DNA of 32,173 nucleotides, taken from contig JAYEOM010000113.1 in assembly GCA_034722955.1 (NCBI GenBank), positions 1-32,173 of the forward strand. The letters are read 5' to 3'. Made by a program: the position numbers and the translations under genes. The notes below the pieces were generated by a model that was given only the letters and a program-made list of their open reading frames with translations, did no database searches and had not been told where the DNA came from. Of the stretch, positions 8,809-17,055 are shown piece after piece (within the stretch, counting starts at the first letter, position 1; each line of letters begins with the position of its first letter). This DNA comes from Campylobacterota bacterium (GTDB taxonomy: Bacteria > Campylobacterota > Campylobacteria > Campylobacterales > Sulfurovaceae).

Positions 8809-9174
8809 CTATCTTAGCTCTACCATAGCTTTTTGAAGCATTTTGTCAAGTGCGATCTTTGCCAATCCATTACTGCCATCTTTTGACATAATGACAAATG
8901 CATGCAGGTGGATTTTTGAGTCACTACCACCACAAGCCATAATGACTGTTGCATTATCTGCTTTGATATCCATACTCTGTGTATGACCAAGTCCAAGAGT
9001 CTCTGTAACATCATGGATATTTCTAAAGTCTTCGTTGAAACGCATAGAGGTCTCATCAAGCTTTTTAACTCTCTCTGTATCAGATACAAGAACCTCCCCC
9101 GTATAATCACTCAATACAGCACCCATGTAGCCATTAACTTTAGATAACTCACTAAATAAACTTTTGTCTAACAT
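8809..9174 (-). CDS. Roadblock/LC7 (MglB-like) domain protein, copy 1
   Basis: 121 aa with the helix-beta-beta-helix-beta-beta-beta-helix pattern (LSKVNGYMGAVLSDYTGEVLVSD ... HAFVIMSKDGSNGLAKIAL). RBS AAGGG. Confidence 0.7.
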   Translation of the reverse strand: MLDKSLFSELSKVNGYMGAVLSDYTGEVLVSDTERVKKLDETSMRFNEDFRNIHDVTETLGLGHTQSMDIKADNATVIMACGGSDSKIHLHAFVIMSKDGSNGLAKIALDKMLQKAMVELR

Positions 9175-9205
9175 AATAAACCCTTTTTATATTTAAGATA
9201 AGTAT

Positions 9206-9234
9206 ATTATATAATTATTGGTTCTATTTGTCAA
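9206..9234 (-). promoter_or_regulatory. Consensus sigma70 promoter for Roadblock copy 1
   Basis: On the minus strand: TTGACA (9234-9229), 17 nt, TATAAT (9211-9206). Confidence 0.75.
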
Positions 9235-9242
9235 GTAAATTT

Positions 9243-9262
9243 TGATAATATTATAATTATCA
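9243..9262. promoter_or_regulatory. Palindromic operator-like site with Fur-box-like half-sites
   Basis: TGATAAT-attata-ATTATCA just upstream of the -35 of copy 1. The spacer is 6 nt rather than the canonical 1 nt. Confidence 0.3.
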
Positions 9263-9325
9263 TTATATGAGATTATAAAATTTGAGGAGAAACAGGATAT
9301 AAGGCTACCCCAAGGAGACTGTATG

Positions 9326-9362
9326 ATCCTCTCACTTGGCTCAATAGAGCTTTAGAGAGGAT
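9326..9362 (-). terminator. Stem-loop downstream of Roadblock copy 2
   Basis: Outer stem ATCCTCTC/GAGAGGAT with inner stem GCTC/GAGC. Confidence 0.4.
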
Positions 9363-9388
9363 GGTTGTAGAAGATAGGGTTTTGTAAT

Positions 9389-9754
9389 TTAGCCTAACTC
9401 TGACATAGCTTTTTGAAGCATTTTGTCAAGTGCGATCTTTGCCAATCCATTACTGCCATCTTTTGACATAATGACAAATGCATGAAGGTGAACTCTAGAG
9501 TCAGAACCACTACAAGCCATAATGACTGTTGCATTATCTGCTTTGATATCCATACTCTGTGTATGACCAAGTCCAAGAGTGTCTGTAACATCATGGATAT
9601 TTCTAAAGTCTTCGTTGAAACGCATAGAGGTCTCATCAAGCTTTTTAACCCTCCCTGTATCAGATACAAGAACCTCACCCGTATAATCACTCAATACAGC
9701 ACCCATATACCCATTTACCTTAGTTAACTCATTAAATATACTTTTGTCTACCAT
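9389..9754 (-). CDS. Roadblock/LC7 (MglB-like) domain protein, copy 2
   Basis: 110/121 aa identical to copy 1 by manual comparison. RBS AAGGA. Confidence 0.7.
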   Translation of the reverse strand: MVDKSIFNELTKVNGYMGAVLSDYTGEVLVSDTGRVKKLDETSMRFNEDFRNIHDVTDTLGLGHTQSMDIKADNATVIMACSGSDSRVHLHAFVIMSKDGSNGLAKIALDKMLQKAMSELG

Positions 9755-9784
9755 TGTAGATCCTTTCCAAATTTTTTGTTATCA

Positions 9785-9813
9785 ATTATATAACTATTAA
9801 GCTTGATTGTAAA
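9785..9813 (-). promoter_or_regulatory. Near-consensus sigma70 promoter for Roadblock copy 2
   Basis: On the minus strand: TTTACA (9813-9808), 17 nt, TATAAT (9790-9785). Confidence 0.6.
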
Positions 9814-9977
9814 TTATAGTTTTGTTTAATTTTATAATGCGGATGATTAATGTGTAAAAGATGATATATATGCGTTAGACTGTTTAATTTTATAGCTACA
9901 GCTATTATGCTAGCAAGTTAATTTAAGCATATTTTTGTTATTCTTTAAATCAATTTAAGTTATAAAACGGAGAAATT

Positions 9978-12038
9978 TTGACTGATGAAGAGTTTAGACA
10001 ATTTATTGAAACAATTATCTCAGAACTCGCAAGCACAACAGATAGATCTAAGAGACTTGATATAGTATATAGAGCGATTAAAAACTTTGTTCCTTCTGAC
10101 TCTATAGAGCTGCTAGAGATAGATAGTAAAAGTCAGACAGCCCATAGTATGCTGGAGGATGCCAGCTCAGCCCCTTATGCTATAGATGATAGAGGTGTAC
10201 TGGCACAATGTTATGAGTCACACCAGCCCCTTATCATCAATGATATAGAGCGAAGTCTCCTCTATAACAGCCAGATCGATAGCCTTGGCAGAGAGGATAT
10301 CTACAAAGTATTGGTTGTTCCTGTTCTTGATAGTGATGCATCAAAAAATATACTAGGTGTAGTCTGGGTAGGTATAGAGAGAGGATTTAAGCAGTTTATC
10401 CAAAAAGATGTTGATCAGCTAGTACAGTTTACCAATGCTGTGGCAAGTCAACTCTTTGATCATGACTCCTCTGACACCGAAAAGATCGGCAGTGACTTAG
10501 AGGTGTGTCGAGAGTCGAAGAGAGTACTTCAGGTCAAGATGGAACGCTATGAGAAGTACTTTGCCTCAACTGTTCATGATATCCGTGCACCTATGAATGC
10601 AATAGTTGGCTTCATGGAGCTGATGATGCTCAATGAGACTGATGATCAAAAAAAAGAGTATATAGATGCATCACTTAAGAGTGGAGAGCATATCATAGCA
10701 CTTATCAACGATGCTTTGGATATGAGTAAAGTATCGAGTGGAAAGATGACTCTCGACAAGAGATCTTTCTCCCCTATGGCGGGTTTCGGAGATATTGCAA
10801 AATTATTCTATAATAGTATGAGTAAAAAGAGTATAGAGTTCAACATATATATAGATCCTCTGATGCCTACACTTATCAAGTCAGATCTGTATAGAATCAA
10901 GCAGATTGTAAATAACTTGTTGAGTAATGCTATGAAATTTACTCCCGAAGAGGGAAATGTAATACTTGAAGTGATCTACAATAAAGAGAGTGATACTTTG
11001 AAAGCCAGCGTAACTGATACGGGTATAGGTGTTGCAAAAGATAGGCAAAAGAGTATATTTAACCCTTATACACAAGAGAAAGACTCTACATCCTCAGAGT
11101 ATGGCGGAACAGGTCTGGGATTGGCTATTTCTCAGCAACTCAGTACACTGCTCGATGGTACGCTTACACTGGAGAGTGAACAGGGGCATGGGAGTAAGTT
11201 TACCTTGACACTTCCATGTGATACACCGGTTTTTTCTGAGTCCAAGATCAACAGAGAGCCATTTGCAGGGATATCTGTATTGATATACTCCTCTTATCTT
11301 GAGCACAATGCTTCACAGGTCGCACAACGATATCTCGATAATCTGAAAATATCTCATAATCATCTAGATAGTAGCAAGCCACTGCAGATAGATGATAGTT
11401 ATACTGTATTGATGATAGACAAGAGAGATGTACCCCGAAATATAGATGCTGTTCAGAACTTTCTTGATAGCAATAGATCTGCACTCATAATAGAGAGTGA
11501 TCTTGGTTCTGATAATTGCCACTTGGAAGGGCACTATAAGATACTGCATAGACCGATACTTCCTGATAGCTTTTTTGATACACTTCAGGCATTGATTGAT
11601 CCTAAGAGAGAGCGTGATGTTATAGAGGAGTCACCTCCTAACTACGATATACTCAAAGGTCAAACTGTTTTAGCGGTTGATGATAGCAGGATAAATCTAA
11701 GACTTATGACAGAGGTACTCAAAAGGTTTCAGCTAGATGTTACTACATCTCTCAATGGAAAAGAGGCTCTTGAGGTATTTGAAGATAAAACTTTCAGTGT
11801 GGTATTTATAGATCAGAATATGCCTGTGATGAATGGGGATGAAGTCATTACCAAAATGCGTGAAATAGAAAAAACAAAAGGTCAGAAACCTGCTATCATT
11901 TATGGTTTGACTGGTGATGCAGATGATGAAATCATAGAGAAGATAGTAGCCTCCGGCGCGAATGAAGTATTGACTAAGCCAATACATATAGAAGAGGTAT
12001 ATGTAGCGATCTCAAATGCTATCAACACTGCCTCTTGA
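9978..12038 (+). CDS. Cytoplasmic hybrid histidine kinase (GAF - HisKA - HATPase_c - pseudo-REC - REC)
   Basis: GAF-like N-terminus, H box TVHDIRAPMNAIVGF, NNLLSNAMKFT, DTGIG, YGGTGLGLAI, and a terminal receiver (AVDDS..FIDQNMP..TKPI). TTG start after GGAG. Confidence 0.92.
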   Translation: MTDEEFRQFIETIISELASTTDRSKRLDIVYRAIKNFVPSDSIELLEIDSKSQTAHSMLEDASSAPYAIDDRGVLAQCYESHQPLIINDIERSLLYNSQIDSLGREDIYKVLVVPVLDSDASKNILGVVWVGIERGFKQFIQKDVDQLVQFTNAVASQLFDHDSSDTEKIGSDLEVCRESKRVLQVKMERYEKYFASTVHDIRAPMNAIVGFMELMMLNETDDQKKEYIDASLKSGEHIIALINDALDMSKVSSGKMTLDKRSFSPMAGFGDIAKLFYNSMSKKSIEFNIYIDPLMPTLIKSDLYRIKQIVNNLLSNAMKFTPEEGNVILEVIYNKESDTLKASVTDTGIGVAKDRQKSIFNPYTQEKDSTSSEYGGTGLGLAISQQLSTLLDGTLTLESEQGHGSKFTLTLPCDTPVFSESKINREPFAGISVLIYSSYLEHNASQVAQRYLDNLKISHNHLDSSKPLQIDDSYTVLMIDKRDVPRNIDAVQNFLDSNRSALIIESDLGSDNCHLEGHYKILHRPILPDSFFDTLQALIDPKRERDVIEESPPNYDILKGQTVLAVDDSRINLRLMTEVLKRFQLDVTTSLNGKEALEVFEDKTFSVVFIDQNMPVMNGDEVITKMREIEKTKGQKPAIIYGLTGDADDEIIEKIVASGANEVLTKPIHIEEVYVAISNAINTAS

Positions 12039-12054
12039 TCTATCTGCCTAAATA

Positions 12055-12087
12055 TTCTACTCTTTATACCGCCCTTAAAGAGTAGAA
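12055..12087 (+). terminator. Hairpin after the GAF hybrid kinase
   Basis: TTCTACTCTTTA - 9-nt loop - TAAAGAGTAGAA, a 12-bp perfect stem. Confidence 0.6.
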
Positions 12088-12119
12088 AGCCATAGAAGTG
12101 TTAATTTAGTGTTAAATTA

Positions 12120-12162
12120 TTGATGCAAGTCAAGGGAATTGACCATCTAGTTTTGTTATAAT
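12120..12162 (+). promoter_or_regulatory. Class II Crp/Fnr-type (Nss/Dnr-like) promoter of nosZ
   Basis: TTGATgcaaGTCAA (12120-12133) plus extended -10 TGTTATAAT (12154-12162). The box centre is about -42.5 from the predicted +1. Confidence 0.75.
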
Positions 12163-12276
12163 TGGGAGTGTTTGATGATAATGATAAGTTTTGATTATTA
12201 TTTATATTGAACGAGGCTTTGATTTTGAAGTAAAAGTTTTACTTTAAATTTGTTCTAAATTTTTGGAGGAGAGAAG

Positions 12277-14868
12277 ATGAATTATAAAAACAGGCTTTCT
12301 ACTCTTTTTCTAGGTTCTGCCTTGGCTGCAACAACAGCTTTTGGTTCAGGAGCTTTAGAAAAAGTTATGAAAGATAGAGGCTTGACGGAGAGTGATGTTA
12401 TCCGTGCAGCAAAAACATATCTACCTACCGGTGGTAGAGACGAGTTTGTAGTATTCAGTTCTGGCGGACAGAGTGGACAGATATTGGTTTATGGTGTCCC
12501 ATCTATGAAGATACTCAAATATATTGCTGTATTTACACCTGAGCCTTGGCAAGGGTATGGTTTTGACGAGGATTCAAAAGCAGTACTAAGACAAGGTAAC
12601 ATTAGAGGCAGAGAGATCAACTGGGGAGATACGCACCACCCTGGACTCTCTGAAAAAGATGGTGTATATGATGGTAAATGGTTGGCTATCAATGATAAGG
12701 CAAATCCAAGAGTTGCTATCATTGACTTAGAGGATTTTGAGACTAAGCAGATCGTAGTAAACCCTATCTTCAAATCAGAACACGGTGGAGCATTCTTTAC
12801 ACAAAACTCAGAGTATATTATAGAATCGTGTCAATATGCAGCTCCATTTGATAACAACTATCACCCGATAGAGGAGTATAAAGAGACATATCGTGGTGGT
12901 GCTACGATGTGGAAATTTAATCCAGAAACAGGTAAGATCGATGAGAAAGCTTCATTTACGCTCGAAATGCCTCCATATATGCAAGATCTATCTGATGCAG
13001 GTAAAGGTGTCTCTCATGGTTGGGGCTTTACTAACTCATTTAACTCTGAGATGTATACAGGAGGCATCGAAGTAGGTATGCCGCCAAATGAAGCTGGTAT
13101 GTCTCGTAATGATACTGACTTCCTTCATGTATACAACTGGGAAAAGTTAGCTAAATTAGCTGAAGATCCTAAGAATGTAAAAGTGATCAATGGACATAGA
13201 GTTATTCCTATGGATGTAGCTGTCAAAAATGATGCGCTATTCCTTATCCCTGAGCCAAAATCACCACACGGTGTAGATGTCTCTCCTGATGGTGAATATA
13301 TCACGGTTTGTGGTAAACTTGATACGCATGCATCTGTATATAAGTGGAGTAAAATCAAGAAACTTATCGATGAGAAGAAGTATATAGGAGAAGATCCTTA
13401 TGGTATACCTATCCTTGATATGAAAGAGTCTCTACATGGTCAGGTTGAGTTGGGTCTTGGACCTCTGCATAACCAGTACTCCAATGTAGACGGTGAGATC
13501 TATACTTCACTATATGTTGATAGTCAAATTGTAAAGTGGAACTATAAAACACTTAAAGTACTTGACAAAGAGAATGTTCACTATAATGTAGGGCACCTTT
13601 GCGGTATGGAGGGTAAATCAGCTGATCCTCAAGGGAAATATATCATCTCTTTGAATAAGCTTGCGATTGATAGGTTCCAAAATGTTGGACCTCTACACCC
13701 ACAAAATCACCAGTTGATTGATATTCGTGGCAAGAAGATGGACCTGCTCTATGATATGCCGATTCCTTTAGGTGAACCTCACCAAGCAGTAGCTATCAGA
13801 GCAGAAAAGCTCCATCCACATGTACGATACCCAATGGGTACAAACTCCAAAACCGGTAAGATCCATAAGGGCAAAACTCTTGCAGGTCAAGAGAAGATCG
13901 TAAGAGACGGAAAAAATGTTACTATCTTTGCTACTATGGTTAGGTCACATATCAACCCTGAGAGAATCACTGTAAACAAGGGTGATATTGTAACTATGCA
14001 TATCACGAACCTAGAGAGAGCTCAGGATGAGACTCACGGATTTACAGTTGATCACTATGATGTACATATGTCACTTGAGCCAGGTGAAACTTCGACTATC
14101 AAGTTCACTGCTGATATAGAGGGTGTCTTCCCTTACTACTGTACAGAGTTCTGTTCTGCACTACACCTTGAGATGATGGGTTACCTAATGGTAAAAGACC
14201 CTAACAAAAAATATGTATCAGCTCAAAAACTCAAAATGAAAACAATGACTCCTGAAGAGTTAAAAGCTGAGTATGATAAAACTGTAGCTGTAAATGCTGC
14301 AACTGACGCAGTAATCCAGTCGGTTGTTAAGTTCCTTAAAGATAACAAATTTGGTGAGCATAAAGTGGTAGCTGATTTGGTTGATGATGCATTTGCACAG
14401 TATGGACAGATTCCTGCTCAGAAAAAACTAGCTGACGAATCAGTCAAAGCTGGCGATATGGAAAAAGCAATTCTCTTTGAGAATATGATTTGGCAGCTTA
14501 TGGTTAAGACAGCAGATGTTGGTATCAGAGCCAAAGATGCACTCGTAAGACTTATAGCTACCAAACAATCTCCAGAGGCTGAGCGTGGTGCTAGAGCATT
14601 TGATGAGGGTGGATGTAGTGGATGTCATGTTGTTGGTAAAGTATCATCTGGTCCTGACTTGACAGGTGTGCTCCAGAGACATGAAAATGGTGAAAAATGG
14701 GTCTCTGACTTCATTAAAGATCCAGAAAAAATGTATGATGATGCTTATGTAAAAGGCATGATTGATTACTTTAACCTCAAAATGCCTAATCAGCATATGA
14801 GTGATGAGGAGATCAAAGACATTATAGAGTATTTCAAATGGATTGACGAAAACGCCAATCTCTTCTAG
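12277..14868 (+). CDS. nosZ: Clade II (Sec-dependent) cytochrome c nitrous oxide reductase
   Basis: Sec-type signal, CuZ His motifs (DTHH, EHG, PHG, PLH, VGH, EPH), CuA motif CTEFCSALHLEM, and a C-terminal monohaem domain (CSGCH). Confidence 0.98.
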   Translation: MNYKNRLSTLFLGSALAATTAFGSGALEKVMKDRGLTESDVIRAAKTYLPTGGRDEFVVFSSGGQSGQILVYGVPSMKILKYIAVFTPEPWQGYGFDEDSKAVLRQGNIRGREINWGDTHHPGLSEKDGVYDGKWLAINDKANPRVAIIDLEDFETKQIVVNPIFKSEHGGAFFTQNSEYIIESCQYAAPFDNNYHPIEEYKETYRGGATMWKFNPETGKIDEKASFTLEMPPYMQDLSDAGKGVSHGWGFTNSFNSEMYTGGIEVGMPPNEAGMSRNDTDFLHVYNWEKLAKLAEDPKNVKVINGHRVIPMDVAVKNDALFLIPEPKSPHGVDVSPDGEYITVCGKLDTHASVYKWSKIKKLIDEKKYIGEDPYGIPILDMKESLHGQVELGLGPLHNQYSNVDGEIYTSLYVDSQIVKWNYKTLKVLDKENVHYNVGHLCGMEGKSADPQGKYIISLNKLAIDRFQNVGPLHPQNHQLIDIRGKKMDLLYDMPIPLGEPHQAVAIRAEKLHPHVRYPMGTNSKTGKIHKGKTLAGQEKIVRDGKNVTIFATMVRSHINPERITVNKGDIVTMHITNLERAQDETHGFTVDHYDVHMSLEPGETSTIKFTADIEGVFPYYCTEFCSALHLEMMGYLMVKDPNKKYVSAQKLKMKTMTPEELKAEYDKTVAVNAATDAVIQSVVKFLKDNKFGEHKVVADLVDDAFAQYGQIPAQKKLADESVKAGDMEKAILFENMIWQLMVKTADVGIRAKDALVRLIATKQSPEAERGARAFDEGGCSGCHVVGKVSSGPDLTGVLQRHENGEKWVSDFIKDPEKMYDDAYVKGMIDYFNLKMPNQHMSDEEIKDIIEYFKWIDENANLF

Positions 14869-14877
14869 AAAATAGTA

Positions 14878-14898
14878 CCAGAGGCACTCCGCCTTTGG
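14878..14898 (+). other. GC-rich stem-loop after nosZ (mRNA 3' stabiliser or weak terminator)
   Basis: CCAGAGGC-actcc-GCCTTTGG with one G-U pair and no U-tract. Confidence 0.45.
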
Positions 14899-14967
14899 CA
14901 CACAGTAGCACCATATCCCCCTAAATATAATCTTTAATTATTATTAATATAAGTTTAACGACTTTTA

Positions 14968-15009
14968 TTGACTCGTATCAATTTTTCCTTTACTATCTTT
15001 TGATATAAT
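14968..15009 (+). promoter_or_regulatory. Class II Crp/Fnr-type promoter of nosB
   Basis: TTGACtcgtATCAA (14968-14981) plus TGATATAAT (15001-15009). The box centre is about -41.5. Confidence 0.75.
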
Positions 15010-15039
15010 GATTGGAATTTATTCCAAAAAGGAGAATAT

Positions 15040-15825
15040 ATGCACTCTAGTCTTATAAAATCAAGAGTTTTTGCCACTATAGCATTGTTGATACTGACGA
15101 TTGGTTTTACATTTCCTATGATTACATTTAATGGAACACTAAATCTCATACATGAGGGTAAAGCTGATGAGGTGTCGCCCTTTTCGATAAAAGTTTGGAA
15201 CTTCTACAATCAAGGAAGATATAAGAGTATTTCGACCGATAAAGAGGCACATAATGATCTGGTAAAGATGATCGAAACATCAGGGGAGATAGGTGTAGCA
15301 TCAGTGCCTATTTGGGCAGTTTCTCTAGAGGCTCCCAACTATCCAAAAGAGGCATTTCCTGAAGGTATTCCTGTATTTTTCCACTTTGATGGATTTTCGG
15401 GTGAAGTGCATGAGATGAATACGATCAACCACTATGTAGGGATGGACCCTATGTATGTGGGTGGACGATATGAGAGAGAGATTGGCATCTATGCACTTCT
15501 GTTTCTCTCGTTGATCATGATCTACTTCATCGCATACAATGGAAAAATATGGAGTTTGGGTATGTTGATCCCTATCTCTCTGCCACTGCTCTTTTTGGCT
15601 GATTACTCCTATTGGTTATACTGGTTTGGACACAATCTCCATGACTGGGGAGCATTCAAGATAAAACCATTTATGCCGACAGTATTTGGTGATGGTAAGA
15701 TCGCACAATTTACTACACACTCATATCCAGCAATAGGTTTCTATCTGTTATTAGCTATTAGTATCTTTAGTCTTCTTGCATTTTTTGCCAAGCAGAAGGC
15801 ACTCAGAGAGATGGCAGAAAACTAG
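15040..15825 (+). CDS. nosB: NosB membrane protein of clade II nos clusters
   Basis: Directly after nosZ, with motifs LEAPNYP, NTINHYVGM and PFMPTVFG and four TM segments. Confidence 0.9.
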   Translation: MHSSLIKSRVFATIALLILTIGFTFPMITFNGTLNLIHEGKADEVSPFSIKVWNFYNQGRYKSISTDKEAHNDLVKMIETSGEIGVASVPIWAVSLEAPNYPKEAFPEGIPVFFHFDGFSGEVHEMNTINHYVGMDPMYVGGRYEREIGIYALLFLSLIMIYFIAYNGKIWSLGMLIPISLPLLFLADYSYWLYWFGHNLHDWGAFKIKPFMPTVFGDGKIAQFTTHSYPAIGFYLLLAISIFSLLAFFAKQKALREMAEN

Positions 15826-15835
15826 AGGGTTAAAT

Positions 15836-17053
15836 TTGAATAGACTATTTACTGTTTTTCTCATATCACTGTTCACTCTTTTGAGTGCCAATGCACTTCA
15901 AGAAGCTATAGATAATGCACCTAGCGGTGCCATCTTGAAGTTACCTGCAGGTCACTATAGAGGTTCTATTGTTATCAATAAACCTCTGAGCATTATAGGC
16001 AAGGAGGATGGTGTAGTCATAGATGGAGAGGGTAAAGGAACAGTTATAGCCATCAAGAGCTCTTATGTTACTATCAAGAACATCAGAGTGACCAATAGTG
16101 GCAGTATGCACCACAGACTTGATGCAGGTATTACTATAGCTGATGCTAAACATTGTGAGATAAGTAACTGCACTATAGATGATTGTCTCTTTGGTATAGA
16201 TATGCAGATGGTCAATAACTCTATCATCTCTGATAACTTTATCACCTCAAAAGATTTGGATTTGGGTCTCAGAGGAGATGGATTGAGATTGTGGTATAGC
16301 AATGATAATCTCATCAAGAAAAACTCCCTCGTGAAGTCTCGTGACATGGTTGTGTGGTATTCACATGGCAATGAGATCGTTGAGAACTATGGAGAGTATT
16401 GTCGCTACTCGCTGCATTTTATGTATGCAGGCAAAAACTTTGTAAGAGACAATAACTACAAGTTCAACTCTGTAGGTATATTTTTTATGTACTCCAAAGA
16501 TACGATAGCTACAGGAAATGTAGTGAAAAGCTCTTTGGGTGCTACGGGTATGGGTATTGGTTTAAAGGATGTTTCAAACTTTACACTTGAAAATAACACT
16601 GTACTATATAATGCACAGGGACTATATATAGATAGATCCCCTTTTGAACCAGATACACATAACTGGATCATAGGTAACAATATTCTCTACAACTCAGAAG
16701 CACTGCATTTTCACTCACTCAGTGAAAATAATATTATTAAAAATAATATAATCAAAGGGAATATAGAAGATATAGTCAATGATAGCAGGGGTAGCAAAAC
16801 CAATGAAAATGAGATTGTAGGAAACTATTGGGATAATTATGAAGGATTTGATAAAAATGGTGACAATATAGGTGACACTTCACATAAAGTCTATCAGTAT
16901 GCTGATCAGCTCTGGGTTTACAATCCTGATGTGAAGTTCTTCTATGGATCACCAGTAATATCGCTTTTAAATTTCTTGGCAAGATTGGCTCCATTTTCCA
17001 AGCCTCTGTTTCTGCTTGAAGATGAAAAACCAAAAGTAAAGTTAAAAGGTTAA
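15836..17053 (+). CDS. nosD: Nitrous oxide reductase maturation protein NosD
   Basis: Beta-helix repeats, RGDGLRLWYS, RYSLHFMY and GNYWDNY. Probable TTG start at 15836 after GAGGG, giving a signal peptide. Confidence 0.95.
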   Translation: MNRLFTVFLISLFTLLSANALQEAIDNAPSGAILKLPAGHYRGSIVINKPLSIIGKEDGVVIDGEGKGTVIAIKSSYVTIKNIRVTNSGSMHHRLDAGITIADAKHCEISNCTIDDCLFGIDMQMVNNSIISDNFITSKDLDLGLRGDGLRLWYSNDNLIKKNSLVKSRDMVVWYSHGNEIVENYGEYCRYSLHFMYAGKNFVRDNNYKFNSVGIFFMYSKDTIATGNVVKSSLGATGMGIGLKDVSNFTLENNTVLYNAQGLYIDRSPFEPDTHNWIIGNNILYNSEALHFHSLSENNIIKNNIIKGNIEDIVNDSRGSKTNENEIVGNYWDNYEGFDKNGDNIGDTSHKVYQYADQLWVYNPDVKFFYGSPVISLLNFLARLAPFSKPLFLLEDEKPKVKLKG

Positions 17054-17055
17054 AA

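Larger units (their letters stand above)
8809..9754. repeat. Tandem gene duplication (two 366-bp copies, offset 580 bp)
   Basis: Manual gap-free alignment gives about 26 mismatches in 366 nt (~93%). Flanking sequences are not alignable. Confidence 0.95.

Noticed and set aside
8820..9690. Alternative-frame ORFs 8820-9110 and 9394-9690 present in both duplicates
   Set aside because: Their recurrence follows from the ~93% DNA identity of the duplicates. They lack an evident RBS and fully overlap the better-supported genes.
8809..9754. Duplicated genes as a diversity-generating retroelement template/variable repeat pair
   Set aside because: No reverse transcriptase is present, mismatches are not adenine-specific, and both copies are full genes with promoters.
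12139..12162. TTGACC as the -35 of the nosZ promoter
   Set aside because: It is only 12 nt from TATAAT. An extended -10 plus class II activator site fits better.
15776..15835. N-terminal extensions in the ORF track for nosD (15776), the helical protein (3793) and the pseudokinase (6579)
   Set aside because: They overlap upstream genes or promoter elements. Downstream starts at 15836, 3856 and 6621 have RBS or promoter support and give sensible N-termini.
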